Assembly: GCA_036396955.1 (NCBI GenBank)
Contig: DASWJW010000075.1
Location: 1-51,273 of the forward strand
DNA: 51,273 bases
Reading direction: 5' to 3'
DNA from: Planctomycetota bacterium
Lineage (GTDB): Bacteria > Planctomycetota > UBA1135
How positions within the stretch are numbered: position 1 is the stretch's first letter; each line of letters opens with the position of its first letter. Below, one piece after another: positions 1-9,108 of this stretch. The notes under the pieces were generated by a model, which saw only the letters and a program-made list of their open reading frames with translations, was not told the DNA's origin and did no database searches. The position numbers and the translations under genes were made by a program.

Positions 1-162
1 CCGCGCGGCCTGGTCGGGCGCGCGGCGATCGCGTGGCAGCGTGGCGGAGTGGGGCCGCGCTACAGTCCGCTCGGACTCCGCAAAGGGCATGCACCGTTCA
101 TGACCGGCTTTCCCCGCAGACCATCGCTCTCGCGGCACGTGGCGGTGCCCTGAACGGGCTCG

Positions 163-912
163 ATGGGAATGCACGCCGAGAACGACCCCCAAGCAGCGCG
201 CGTACGGCGCTTCCTGACCCGCGCGAGCATGCAGGCGGCACTTCCTTACCTGGTGATCGGCGGTCTGCTGGGGCTCGGAGTCCTCCTCGCCGGCCGGGAA
301 CTCGAGCACCACGTCGGGGCGATCGAATCCTGGATCGCGGCCTCCGGGCGGTGGGGAATCGTCGCCTTCGTCGGCCTGTTCGTCGTCGCGAGTTCGATCC
401 TGGCGCCCGACTCCGTGCTCTGCCTCCTTGCGGGCGCGCTGTTCGGAGTGAACCGGGGGACCGCCGCGGTCGTCGCCGGCAGCCTGCTGGCCGCATCCTT
501 GCAGTTCCTGCTCTCGAGACGCCTGCTGCGGGCCAGGATCACGCGGCTGATCGCGGCGCGCGCCTCGCTCGCTGCGATCCAGCGCGCGGTCACCCACCGG
601 GAATTCCGGATGCAAGCGCTGCTTCGGCTCATGCCGCTGAACCCGGCGACCGTCAACTACCTCCTCGGCGCGGCCGGCGTGCGGTTCGGCGGCTTCCTGC
701 TCGCATCACTCGCGCATGTCCCCATCCTTGCCATCGAGGTCTACTTCGGCCACGCCGGCAAACACGTGGCGCGGATCGCCGGGGCGGAGAAAGGCACCGA
801 CCGCATGCACGACCTCGTGCTCCTCGGCGGCGTGGTGGTCTGCGTGGTGGCCCTGGTCCTGATCACCAGGACGGCCCGCAAGGCGCTCACGGCCGCGGTC
901 GCCGAACCCTAG
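163..912 (+). CDS. DedA / TVP38-TMEM64 (SNARE-associated) family integral membrane protein
   Basis: 249-aa ORF with several hydrophobic helices. It carries the family-typical stretch ILAPDSVLCLLAGALFGVNRGTAAVVAGSLLAASLQFLLSRRL. The start may be a downstream Met (MQAALPYLV). TAG stop. Confidence 0.7.
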   Translation: MGMHAENDPQAARVRRFLTRASMQAALPYLVIGGLLGLGVLLAGRELEHHVGAIESWIAASGRWGIVAFVGLFVVASSILAPDSVLCLLAGALFGVNRGTAAVVAGSLLAASLQFLLSRRLLRARITRLIAARASLAAIQRAVTHREFRMQALLRLMPLNPATVNYLLGAAGVRFGGFLLASLAHVPILAIEVYFGHAGKHVARIAGAEKGTDRMHDLVLLGGVVVCVVALVLITRTARKALTAAVAEP

Positions 913-943
913 GCCGAAGCGAGGACCCGGCCGCGCGCGGACC

Positions 944-1834
944 TCACGACAAGCGCCCCATCTTGCCGCTCTGGAAGTCGGCGATTGCCTGCTGGATTTC
1001 CTGCCGGGTATTCATCACAAAGGGGCCGTGGCCGGCGACTGGCTCGTCGATCGGTTCTCCCGCCAGCAGCAGCGCGCGCACTCCCATGGCACCGTCGATG
1101 CGGATGCCCCCGCCATCGCGCTCGAAGAGCGCGACTTCGGCGGACTCGACCGACTCCGTCTCGTTCACGCGCAGCGAGCCTTCGAGCACCACCAGCGCCG
1201 TAGTCCAGCCCTTCTCCAGCGCCAGGTCGAAACTGTCGGCGCTCGCGAGCCGGAGATCCCACACCTGCATGGGCGTGTGGGTCTGCGCCGGTCCGGTCCG
1301 TCCTTGGAACGCGCCGGCGATCACTCGCACGATGCCCTTGCCCCCGGGCAAGGCGACGGCGGGAATCTGGGAGTCGAGGATGTGCTGGTAGCGTGGAGCC
1401 ACGCCCTTGTCCTTGGCGGGCAGGTTGACCCAGAGCTGCACCATCTCGAACTTGCCGCCGGTGCGCGCGAAGTCGCGGCCGTGGAATTCCTCGTGCACCA
1501 GGCCGGACGCCGCGGTCATCCACTGCACGTCGCCGGGGCCGATGCTCCCGCCTCCGCCGGCGGAATCGCGGTGCTCGACCTCGCCGTGGTAGACGATCGT
1601 CACCGTCTCGAAGCCGCGGTGCGGATGCGAGCCCACGCCGCGCCGTTCCGTGGTCGGCGGGAACTCCGCGGGACCGGCGTAGTCGAGCAGCAGGAACGGT
1701 GTGAGCACCGCGCCCAGCTCGGGATAGGCAAAGAGGGTGCGCACGGGAAATCCGTCCCCCACCCAGTGCCGGTCAGTGGAGCGCTGGATGCGCTGCAGTT
1801 TCTTGAAGGGGCGGCCTGAGTTCGTGGTCTGCAT
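944..1834 (-). CDS. Pirin family (bicupin) protein
   Basis: The track ORF 944..2038 contains HWVGDGFPVRTLF...LLLDYAGP...GVGSHPHRGFETVTIVYHGEVEHRDSAGGGGSIGPGDVQWMTAASGLVHEEFH, the canonical pirin metal-binding cupin region. I place the start at the internal ATG (MQTTNSGRPF, cat at 1832-1834). The upstream 68 codons are Arg-rich and look non-coding. Confidence 0.88.
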   Translation of the reverse strand: MQTTNSGRPFKKLQRIQRSTDRHWVGDGFPVRTLFAYPELGAVLTPFLLLDYAGPAEFPPTTERRGVGSHPHRGFETVTIVYHGEVEHRDSAGGGGSIGPGDVQWMTAASGLVHEEFHGRDFARTGGKFEMVQLWVNLPAKDKGVAPRYQHILDSQIPAVALPGGKGIVRVIAGAFQGRTGPAQTHTPMQVWDLRLASADSFDLALEKGWTTALVVLEGSLRVNETESVESAEVALFERDGGGIRIDGAMGVRALLLAGEPIDEPVAGHGPFVMNTRQEIQQAIADFQSGKMGRLS

Positions 1835-2037
1835 CGATCCGGCTCCGGCGGCGCATCGGCGCCGCTCTGCGCCAAGCCTAGCGGGCATTCTCCCCGTGCG
1901 AAACGCCCACGGTCTTCGGTGGGACCTGGGATGGATCCAGCGGGTCCACTCACGCTCATCGGCCTCGCCACCGAAGAAACGAGCGGCCACGTGGTGGTCG
2001 GTGGCGGCGCCGAATCGATCGAGCCGGTCGATTTGCA

Positions 2038-5000
2038 ATGGCCGTCGCCCGGGTTGGGCAAGGTAAGCTGGCGCGTTCTACAAGCCGCGTGCGACGGAAT
2101 GCGCCCGCTCTCCCGAACCAGAGCAGCCTCGATTCACCGATGGACGATTCAAGCAAGCCAGCGAACCCGGAGTCCCCCGCGGTCGAGTCCGGATTCCGGC
2201 AGCAGCTGGAGAAGACCTACGGCGCGGGCGTCGATCCCAGCGTTTCGCTGGTCGACGACTCCGAGGCGAAGATCGGTACGGCCGATCCCACCGCCAGGCT
2301 CGCGGGCCCCGGCAAGGACAAGAAGGAGCGCTACCGGCTCGATGGCGAGATCGCCCGCGGTGGCATGGGCGCCGTCTTCAAGGTCTTCGACACGGACCTG
2401 CGCCGCACCTTGGCCATGAAGGTGGTCCTGTCCCAGTCCGGCGGCGAGTCCGCTCCCGGCGCGCCCCGGCCCAAGTTCGAGCAGCAACTGCTCAGCCGCT
2501 TCTTGGAAGAAGCGCAGATCACCGGCCAGCTCGACCACCCCGGCGTGGTCCCGGTGCACGAGATCGGCATCGACCGCGACGGCAAGGTGTACTTCACCAT
2601 GCGGATGGTCAAGGGCCAGAGCCTCGACGCCATCTTCGACCTGGCGCGCAATCGTGAGGGCGGCTGGAACCCGGTCCGCGCGGTCGACGCGGTCCTCAAG
2701 GTCTGCGAGACGATGGCCTACGCGCATGCCAAGGGCGTGATCCACCGAGACCTCAAGCCCGCCAACGTCATGGTCGGCAAGTTCGGCGAGACCTACGTGA
2801 TGGACTGGGGGCTCGCCAAGGTGATGAGCGCCAAGGGCCGCGAGGAACGGCCCGCCGCGCCGGAGGACACGGCGCTCAGCATCATCCAGACCGACCGCGA
2901 GAGCGCGCTCCAGGTCGACCCGCAGTCGCCGCTCCTCACGCTGGACGGCGCCATCCTCGGCACGCCCCACTACATGGCGCCCGAGCAGGCCGCCGGGCGC
3001 ACGCACGAGATCGGCCCGCTGTCCGACGTGTACTGCGTGGGCGCCATGCTCTACCGGCTGCTCACCGGCAAGCCGCCGTACTTCCACGTCAAGCGCTCGG
3101 TGCGCGACGTTCTGCTCGCGGTGCTCGCCGGTCCGCCCCTGGCGGTCGCCGAAAGCGCGCCGAACATGCCGCCGGAACTCCTTGCCATCTGTGCGAAGGC
3201 CATGGCCTACGCCCCCGCGGACCGCTACTCGAGCATGATGGCGATGGCCGAGGACTTGCGCGCCTATCTCGACGGACGCGTGGTGCGTGCCCACGCGGCC
3301 GGCGCGTTCGCGCAATTCCGCAAGTGGGTGCTCCGCAACCGGGTCACGGCCGCGGCGCTTGCGGCGGTGTTGCTGCTCGCGGTGGGCGGAACCGTCGGCT
3401 TGTTCCTCTTGCAGCAGGGCAAGGTCCGCGCCGTCACGGCCGAACGCGCGCTGACTCTGATCGCCAAGAACCAGGCCGAGACCAACGAAGCCCGCGCGCT
3501 GCGCCAGGGCTACCTCGCCAGCCTGATCGCCAGCGACGTGAGCTTGCGCGCCAACGAGATGCCCGAAGCGCGGCGCTCGCTGGCCGACTGCGATCCCGCG
3601 ATGCGCGGCTGGGAATGGCTGCACTTGGACTTGAAGGCCGATACCAGCCTGCTGCAGCTCGACGGGCACGAGGGGCGCATCCAGCAAGTGGGATTCTGCC
3701 CCGACTGCGCGCAGGTGCTCTCGGCTTCCGCCGACGGCACGGTGCGGCTCTGGGACTCGGTGACCGGTGAGCTGCGCAGGAGCTACGCGGGGCACGACGG
3801 GCCGGTGACGGCGGCGGTCTTCCTGCCCGACGGCCAGCGCGTGCTCTCGCTCGGCGGCCTGGACTCGCGCTCGCTGCAGATCTGGGGTGCGAACACGGGA
3901 AATCTCTCGAGCGTCCACGAAGAGCCGGCCCCCGTGCACGCGCTCGCGCTCGTGCCGGGCACGGAGTCGGTCGCTTTCGCCTCCGGAGACAGCGCGCTCA
4001 AACTCTTCGAATTGCGCGACTGGAAACCGCTCTGGACCATGGACGAACATGGCCTTAAGGTCAACGCCGTGGCCGTGGACCCGTCCGGCCGCATCGTGGC
4101 CTCGGCTTCCCAGGATCGAAGCGTTCGGGTCACCGAAGTCGCTTCCGGCGAGGTCCTGCTGCTCCTCGAAGCGCACGAAGCCGCGGTCAACGCCGTCGCC
4201 TTCGGCCCTCGAGGAGAGCGCTTGGCCTCGGGATCGGACGACGGCACCGTGCGCATCTGGGACGCCCGGACCGGCGCCGAGCTGGGCGTCCTGCGCGGCA
4301 ACGATCCGGTGTACGCGCTGGCGTTCAGTCCCGACGGAAAGCGGCTGGCATCGGGCTCTTTCGACAAGACCTTGCGCATCTGGGATCTCGAGACGATGCG
4401 CCAGACCGCAGTGCTGCGGGGTCACGACCGCTTCGTTTCCTCGCTGGCCTTCAGCGGCGACGGACACTTGCTTCTCTCCGGTGCCGACGATGGCAGCGTG
4501 CGTCTCTGGGACGCCGCCCAGGGCGCCGCGGTCAGCTCCTTCGCCGCACCCGCCGAACTCAGCGCGATCGCCGTGAGCCCCGACAGCCGGAGGATCGTCA
4601 CGGGTTCCGCATGGCCGGGTGCGCTGGAATTGCGCGAGGCGGGCAGCGGCCGGGTCTTGCGCACCTTCCCCGAGCTGGACGACGCCGTGACCGCGCTGGC
4701 CTTCCGGGCGGACGGGACGCACTTCGTCGCCGCCACGGAGGAAATGGCTTCGCTGTACGTGTGGCAGGTGGAATCCGGAGAGTTGGTGGCGACTCTCGGA
4801 CCCCACGATGCTTCCGTGACCTCGGCCGACTACTCGCCCACGGACGACCAGGTGGCTTCCGGATCCGACGACTCCTCGGTGCGCATCTGGAACGCACGGA
4901 CCGGCGAGCAGCTCGCCGACTTGCGCGGCCACGAACAGCCGGTGACCGCGGTGCGCTTCCTGCCGGACGGAAAGCGAGTCGTCTCGGCGTCGCAAGACCG

Positions 5001-5445
5001 TACGGTGCGGATCTGGAACTTGGAGTCCGGCGACACCGAACGCGTACTGACCGGACACCGGGACACCGTGTGGTCCTTGGCCATCAGCCCCGACGGCTCA
5101 CGCATCGCTTCGGGCGGCGGCGACAACGCGATCCGGATCTGGGACGTCGCAAGCGGCGCGATGGTGCACGAGCTGCTCGGCCACGAAGCGCGGGTCTCGG
5201 CGCTCGACTTCAGCGGCGACGGAAAACGACTGGTTTCGGGTTCCTACGACCGGACTTTGCGACTCTGGGACCCGGCGGACGGCGCAGCCCTGCTCGCCTT
5301 GCGCGGCCACCAGGAATTCGTGACCGGCGTCGCCTTCAGTCCCGACGGCGCCCGCATCGTTTCGGTTTCCGCCGACAAGACCCTGAAGAGCTGGGAGACC
5401 ACGCCGGCGCTCGCTCGCTTCCGGGCGCGCGAACAAGGCGACTGA
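2038..5445 (+). CDS. Ser/Thr protein kinase - single TM segment - 14 WD40 repeats
   Basis: Hanks kinase motifs are present: GEIARGGMGAVFKV, AMKVV, HRDLKPANVMV, DWGLAK, GTPHYMAPEQ. A hydrophobic segment VTAAALAAVLLLAVGGTVGLFLL lies at nt 3343-3411. After it come 14 WD40-like units (GH...SPDG...SGSxDxTxRxWD). The alternative start is ATG 2140 (MDDSSKP). Confidence 0.9.
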   Translation: MAVARVGQGKLARSTSRVRRNAPALPNQSSLDSPMDDSSKPANPESPAVESGFRQQLEKTYGAGVDPSVSLVDDSEAKIGTADPTARLAGPGKDKKERYRLDGEIARGGMGAVFKVFDTDLRRTLAMKVVLSQSGGESAPGAPRPKFEQQLLSRFLEEAQITGQLDHPGVVPVHEIGIDRDGKVYFTMRMVKGQSLDAIFDLARNREGGWNPVRAVDAVLKVCETMAYAHAKGVIHRDLKPANVMVGKFGETYVMDWGLAKVMSAKGREERPAAPEDTALSIIQTDRESALQVDPQSPLLTLDGAILGTPHYMAPEQAAGRTHEIGPLSDVYCVGAMLYRLLTGKPPYFHVKRSVRDVLLAVLAGPPLAVAESAPNMPPELLAICAKAMAYAPADRYSSMMAMAEDLRAYLDGRVVRAHAAGAFAQFRKWVLRNRVTAAALAAVLLLAVGGTVGLFLLQQGKVRAVTAERALTLIAKNQAETNEARALRQGYLASLIASDVSLRANEMPEARRSLADCDPAMRGWEWLHLDLKADTSLLQLDGHEGRIQQVGFCPDCAQVLSASADGTVRLWDSVTGELRRSYAGHDGPVTAAVFLPDGQRVLSLGGLDSRSLQIWGANTGNLSSVHEEPAPVHALALVPGTESVAFASGDSALKLFELRDWKPLWTMDEHGLKVNAVAVDPSGRIVASASQDRSVRVTEVASGEVLLLLEAHEAAVNAVAFGPRGERLASGSDDGTVRIWDARTGAELGVLRGNDPVYALAFSPDGKRLASGSFDKTLRIWDLETMRQTAVLRGHDRFVSSLAFSGDGHLLLSGADDGSVRLWDAAQGAAVSSFAAPAELSAIAVSPDSRRIVTGSAWPGALELREAGSGRVLRTFPELDDAVTALAFRADGTHFVAATEEMASLYVWQVESGELVATLGPHDASVTSADYSPTDDQVASGSDDSSVRIWNARTGEQLADLRGHEQPVTAVRFLPDGKRVVSASQDRTVRIWNLESGDTERVLTGHRDTVWSLAISPDGSRIASGGGDNAIRIWDVASGAMVHELLGHEARVSALDFSGDGKRLVSGSYDRTLRLWDPADGAALLALRGHQEFVTGVAFSPDGARIVSVSADKTLKSWETTPALARFRAREQGD

Positions 5446-5465
5446 CGGCGCTCGTCGCCGGACGG

Positions 5466-6032
5466 CTAGCTGCCGGTCGTCGACGAGGCGGGCGAAGAGT
5501 CCGTTTCGCCGGCCAGCGGATAGCCCTGGTCGCCGGGCTTGCGGCCGTCGATCAGCAGAACCTTCACGCCGTCGGGCACCTCGGTCGACAGCACGATGGC
5601 GAGCGCACCCACCGACTTGCCGACCAGCACTCCAGCCGCTCGGGCCGTCGGCGCCACCGAAGGCTTGGCCGAGATGTCGCCGCGGAAGACCTTGCCGTAC
5701 CAGTACTTCTTGAGCTGGTCGGCGTTCATCTTGTAGACCTGGGCCTGGAGAAGCTGCTGCTCAACCGATTGGCGCGGCCGCAGATAGAGCACGCACTTCT
5801 GCTCGGACGGCCAGTACTCGCGGTCGAGGCGCATGTACGCCCGCAAGTCGGCGAAATCGAGATTGGAGACCGGATTGTCCGGATGGACGATCACCGCCAG
5901 CTCGATCGTCGCCACGCCCGCGGGGCTCGGCTCCTGCCCCTCCGGCGACCACCGGAGGGTCCCCGCCAGAAGCAGCGGGAGGGCGAACGGGAACAGGGCG
6001 AGAGTCCTCAATTTGGGCCGTTCGGCGATCAT
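5466..6032 (-). CDS. small exported PBP-like (PstS-family-like) protein
   Basis: 188-aa ORF with an N-terminal signal-like segment (LALFPFALPLLLAG). The body IELAVIVHPDNPV...LRAYMRL...KKYWYGKVFRG...GALAIVL resembles single-lobe phosphate-binding-protein-like domains. Its ATG overlaps the porin stop (ATGA at 6029-6032). The functional call is tentative. Confidence 0.55.
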   Translation of the reverse strand: MIAERPKLRTLALFPFALPLLLAGTLRWSPEGQEPSPAGVATIELAVIVHPDNPVSNLDFADLRAYMRLDREYWPSEQKCVLYLRPRQSVEQQLLQAQVYKMNADQLKKYWYGKVFRGDISAKPSVAPTARAAGVLVGKSVGALAIVLSTEVPDGVKVLLIDGRKPGDQGYPLAGETDSSPASSTTGS

Positions 6033-7264
6033 ATCACGAACGCGAGCTGGGCCGCCACCGAGACGAAATCGCCACGAGTCACTCCGCCGGCGCCGCGCAG
6101 TTGCTCATTGCCCATGTTGACCTCGAGCTTGAGTGCGGCGTTGGGAGCCAGCTCGAAGCGCACGCCGGTGGTCTGGATCCAGGCGTTCAGGTCGCGGTCG
6201 AAGGGCGAGTAGAACGGGTCGCCCATCCGCATGTCGCGGTAATCGACGCGCAAGTAGGGGGTCACGTCCCCCACCGTGTAGCCGGCCTGGAGATAGCCGG
6301 TGTTGTGCGGGAAATTGGCGCCGTTGAGGCGGGCCTCGTCGCTGATGTACGCGAATTCGGAAAGCAGCTGCAAGCCGCCCTCCTGGTACTCGGCGAAGGC
6401 GGAGACGATGAACTGGCGCATCGACAGGCCCCGGGCCGGAATCGGCGAGGCCATGTTCGCGGGCAAGGAGTCGTAGCGGACGGCACTGCCGACCTGGAGC
6501 GCTTGCCAGCACTCGGGGGCGAAACTCAGGCTGAAGTCCATGGCCTTGCCGTCGTTCGCGTCGAAATTGCGCTGCTTGTTGGTGGGCGTTTCGCCCCGCC
6601 CGTTGGAGAGCGCGGCGGTGTAGTTCAAGCGGCCCAGGCTCGTCTCCAATTGGCCGCCCAGTTCCAGGCCGGAGTTGTGCAGCGGCAACAAGCCGCCTTC
6701 ACCCTCGAAGCGCGACAACATGGGCCGCTCAATCGTGGGCTCGAGCCAGGCACCGTGGTGAGAGGTGCGGTTCCAGCGCGAAAGCGAGTTGTGCTCCACG
6801 CCGAGCTTGGCGTAGAGCTCGTCCCCGAAGGTCCACGCGCCCCAAAGACGCTCCTGGCTCAGCTTGGTGTCCTGCCCCGAAGCGCTGATCGCCGTTTCGG
6901 ACAAGACCTGGAAGCGTTCTCCCAGCGAGGCCGTGGCGAAGAAATCGACCGCGCCGAACGCGAACGAGGTGTTGCCCATGCCCGCTCCGCTCGGCGAGTC
7001 GGACCGGACACCGGTGTCGCCGTAGATCTGGAAAGTCGCCAGGACGTCGCCGTAGGAGGCCACCAGGCCGAGGTGCTCTTCCTGGGAGTCCTGCCCGAAG
7101 ACCAGATCCTCAAGCGACTCGACGCGCGACGTCAATTCCTGGTTTTCCTGGCGGAGACCCTCGACCGCCGCATTGGTGGGCGGCGGATCCTGGGCGACCG
7201 CGGGCGCGGCCAAAGCCGAGGCCAGGAGCACGGGGATGGCGATCGTGGGAGGCGGGATTCGCAA
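6029..7264 (-). CDS. outer-membrane porin, phosphate-selective porin O/P-like
   Basis: 411-aa ORF with a signal peptide ending AAPAVAQ. An N-terminal coiled-coil (LRQENQELTSRVESLEDLVF) is followed by alternating amphipathic beta-strand pattern rich in G/Y/F/N. TTG start at 7264. Family assignment rests on pattern only. Confidence 0.6.
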   Translation of the reverse strand: MRIPPPTIAIPVLLASALAAPAVAQDPPPTNAAVEGLRQENQELTSRVESLEDLVFGQDSQEEHLGLVASYGDVLATFQIYGDTGVRSDSPSGAGMGNTSFAFGAVDFFATASLGERFQVLSETAISASGQDTKLSQERLWGAWTFGDELYAKLGVEHNSLSRWNRTSHHGAWLEPTIERPMLSRFEGEGGLLPLHNSGLELGGQLETSLGRLNYTAALSNGRGETPTNKQRNFDANDGKAMDFSLSFAPECWQALQVGSAVRYDSLPANMASPIPARGLSMRQFIVSAFAEYQEGGLQLLSEFAYISDEARLNGANFPHNTGYLQAGYTVGDVTPYLRVDYRDMRMGDPFYSPFDRDLNAWIQTTGVRFELAPNAALKLEVNMGNEQLRGAGGVTRGDFVSVAAQLAFVI

Positions 7265-7291
7265 GCCGCCCCAAGATAGCGGCCCGGCGCG

Positions 7292-8656
7292 CTACTTTCC
7301 CGCCGCGGCGGCGGCCAGCGCCGCGCACCGCCTGCGGTGATCGGCGAGCACTCCGGCGCAACGGGGATCCCCGGCCAGATTGCGGGCCTGGTGCGGGTCC
7401 TCGTGCAGGTCGTAGAGCTCTTCGAAGACCGGGTCCTGCCCGGGGTAGCGCGCGTAGACCCAGCGCTCGCCGCGGAGGCCCTCGCTCTGGGGAATTTGCG
7501 GATGGGCGAAGCGGTGTTCGAAGAAAAACTCCGAACGCCACGCATCGACCGGGCCGGCGAGCAAGGGCACCAAGCTGCGACCTTGCCAGCCAGCGGGCGC
7601 GGCCACACCGGCAAGCTCGAGCATGGTCGGCGCGAGGTCCAGATTGAGCGCCATTTCCGTGCGGGTCTGCGGCTTCGTCGCGCGCGGCCGGCGCGGGTCG
7701 AACAGGATCAGCGGCACGCGGATCGAGACCTCGTGGATCAGCCACTTGCCCGCCAGGCCACGCTCGCCGAGAAAGTAGCCGTTGTCGCTCACGAACAGGA
7801 TCACCGTGTTCTCGGCGCGGCCTTTCGCGGCGAGGGCTGCGCGCAGCCGGCCGAAAGCGCGGTCGACGCCGGTGATCATCCGCCAGTAGCCGCGGGTCAT
7901 GCGCTGGCGCTTCTCCTCGGTGTCGAAGCGCCAGCCCCAGCGAACCCGGCCCAGCGATTCACGCAAGAACGCGGGTTGCGCGGCGAAGAACGCCGGGTCG
8001 GACAGCGGCGGCGGCGGGACCTCCGCCCGGCCGTAGAGCCCGTCTTCTTCCGGCGGCCAGAAGTACTGCTGCGGATCGCCGTCCTCGGCGTGCGGGGCGT
8101 TGAAACTCACGGTGAGGCAGAACGGCCGGCCGTCGTCGCTCCCGAGGAAATCGATCGCGCGGTCGACGGTGATCTCGGTGAGGTGGCGCCGGCTGCCGTC
8201 GGCCTGCACTTTCGAGTAGGGATCGGGCGCCAGGGCGACGAAGGCGTCGAACATCTCTTCGCGCAAGCCCGGCGCCACCCGCACGCCCCACTTGCCGACG
8301 AAGCCGGTGCGGTAGCCGGCCGCGCGCAGCAGCGCCGGATAGCTCGCGCGCGCGTGCGCCGCCGAGATCGGCGGCGTGCCGAAGGTGTAGCCGTGCCCGC
8401 TCTCGGGCAGCGAAGTCAAGATGCTCGCGCGGCTCGCAGCGCAGATCGGCGTGGTGACGAAGGCGTTCTCGAAACGCACGCCTGCCCGCGCGAGCGCGTC
8501 CAGCTCCGGCGTCTGCAGGACCGGATGGCCGGCCACTCCCAGACAGTCTGCGCGCTGGTCGTCGGTGACCACCAGCAGCAGGTTCGGGCGCACGGGCGCC
8601 GGCGCGGCGGCTTGCAACGGCAGCAGCGCCAGGATCAGCGGAAGGACGACGCCCAT
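7292..8656 (-). CDS. sulfatase (formylglycine-dependent family), CxAxR variant
   Basis: LLLVVTDDQRADCLG...FVTTPICAASRASILTS is the sulfatase signature, but with Ala at the Pro position. Further family motifs: GKWG, DNGYFLGERG. The start is placed at ATG 8656 (MGVVLPLILALLPLQAAAP signal peptide). The track ORF extends to 8728. Confidence 0.85.
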   Translation of the reverse strand: MGVVLPLILALLPLQAAAPAPVRPNLLLVVTDDQRADCLGVAGHPVLQTPELDALARAGVRFENAFVTTPICAASRASILTSLPESGHGYTFGTPPISAAHARASYPALLRAAGYRTGFVGKWGVRVAPGLREEMFDAFVALAPDPYSKVQADGSRRHLTEITVDRAIDFLGSDDGRPFCLTVSFNAPHAEDGDPQQYFWPPEEDGLYGRAEVPPPPLSDPAFFAAQPAFLRESLGRVRWGWRFDTEEKRQRMTRGYWRMITGVDRAFGRLRAALAAKGRAENTVILFVSDNGYFLGERGLAGKWLIHEVSIRVPLILFDPRRPRATKPQTRTEMALNLDLAPTMLELAGVAAPAGWQGRSLVPLLAGPVDAWRSEFFFEHRFAHPQIPQSEGLRGERWVYARYPGQDPVFEELYDLHEDPHQARNLAGDPRCAGVLADHRRRCAALAAAAAGK

Positions 8657-8675
8657 CGGAAGGCGGAACCGCCGT

Positions 8676-9059
8676 CTACTTGCCGGAGAGCGAGCTGAAC
8701 GAATCGGCGAGGACGGCGCCGACTTCACGGTCGGCCATCAAGCGCATCATCTGGCTCTGCAGCTTGAGCTGCACCGCCGCCATGTCGCTGTCCGCCATCA
8801 GCTTCGCCTTCTCTGCCGCCGAAGGTTCCCCCATCTTGACCATCCGGGCCTTCAGTTCGTTCAGCTTCTCGACGAGCGAATCGAGTTCGCCCTTGGCGGC
8901 TTCCGCCGAGGCCTTGTCGGTGATGCCCTCGAGCGTGCCGACGAACTCACTCATCAAAGAGACGTTTTCCTTGGCGATGGACTCGTTGGTATCGCCGCCG
9001 CAGGCGAGCGGGAGCAGGCAGAGACAAAGGACGGCGAGAGTCGGGACGAAGCGCTTCAT
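8676..9059 (-). CDS. small helical lipoprotein (paralogue P1)
   Basis: The start MKRFVPTLAVLCLCLLPLACGG gives a lipobox LPLAC. The 127-aa product is predicted helical and rich in E/K/A/M. It aligns without gaps to the 15779-16162 copy. Confidence 0.6.
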   Translation of the reverse strand: MKRFVPTLAVLCLCLLPLACGGDTNESIAKENVSLMSEFVGTLEGITDKASAEAAKGELDSLVEKLNELKARMVKMGEPSAAEKAKLMADSDMAAVQLKLQSQMMRLMADREVGAVLADSFSSLSGK

Positions 9060-9108
9060 GATGGGCAAGATGGTAGCTCCAAGAGCCGGTTCCTGCTCTG
9101 GCGGTCGA

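Noticed and set aside
910-912. Global reassignment of TAG as a sense codon, suggested by the two in-frame TAGs at 16001 and 23191.
   Set aside because: TAG terminates many well-supported genes here at the expected protein ends. These include the DedA-like gene (910-912), the PstS-like gene (5466-5468), the sulfatases (7292-7294 and 22862-22864), lipoprotein P1 (8676-8678), DUF58 (49170-49172) and the TrpD2-like gene (28356-28358). Only pseudogenisation, sequence error or context-specific read-through remain plausible.
7262-7294. The sulfatase and the downstream porin are in the same reading frame across the sulfatase TAG, suggesting a read-through fusion.
   Set aside because: The porin has its own start (TTG 7264) followed immediately by a complete signal peptide. 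Only 9 codons separate the two genes. Sharing a frame has a 1-in-3 chance.
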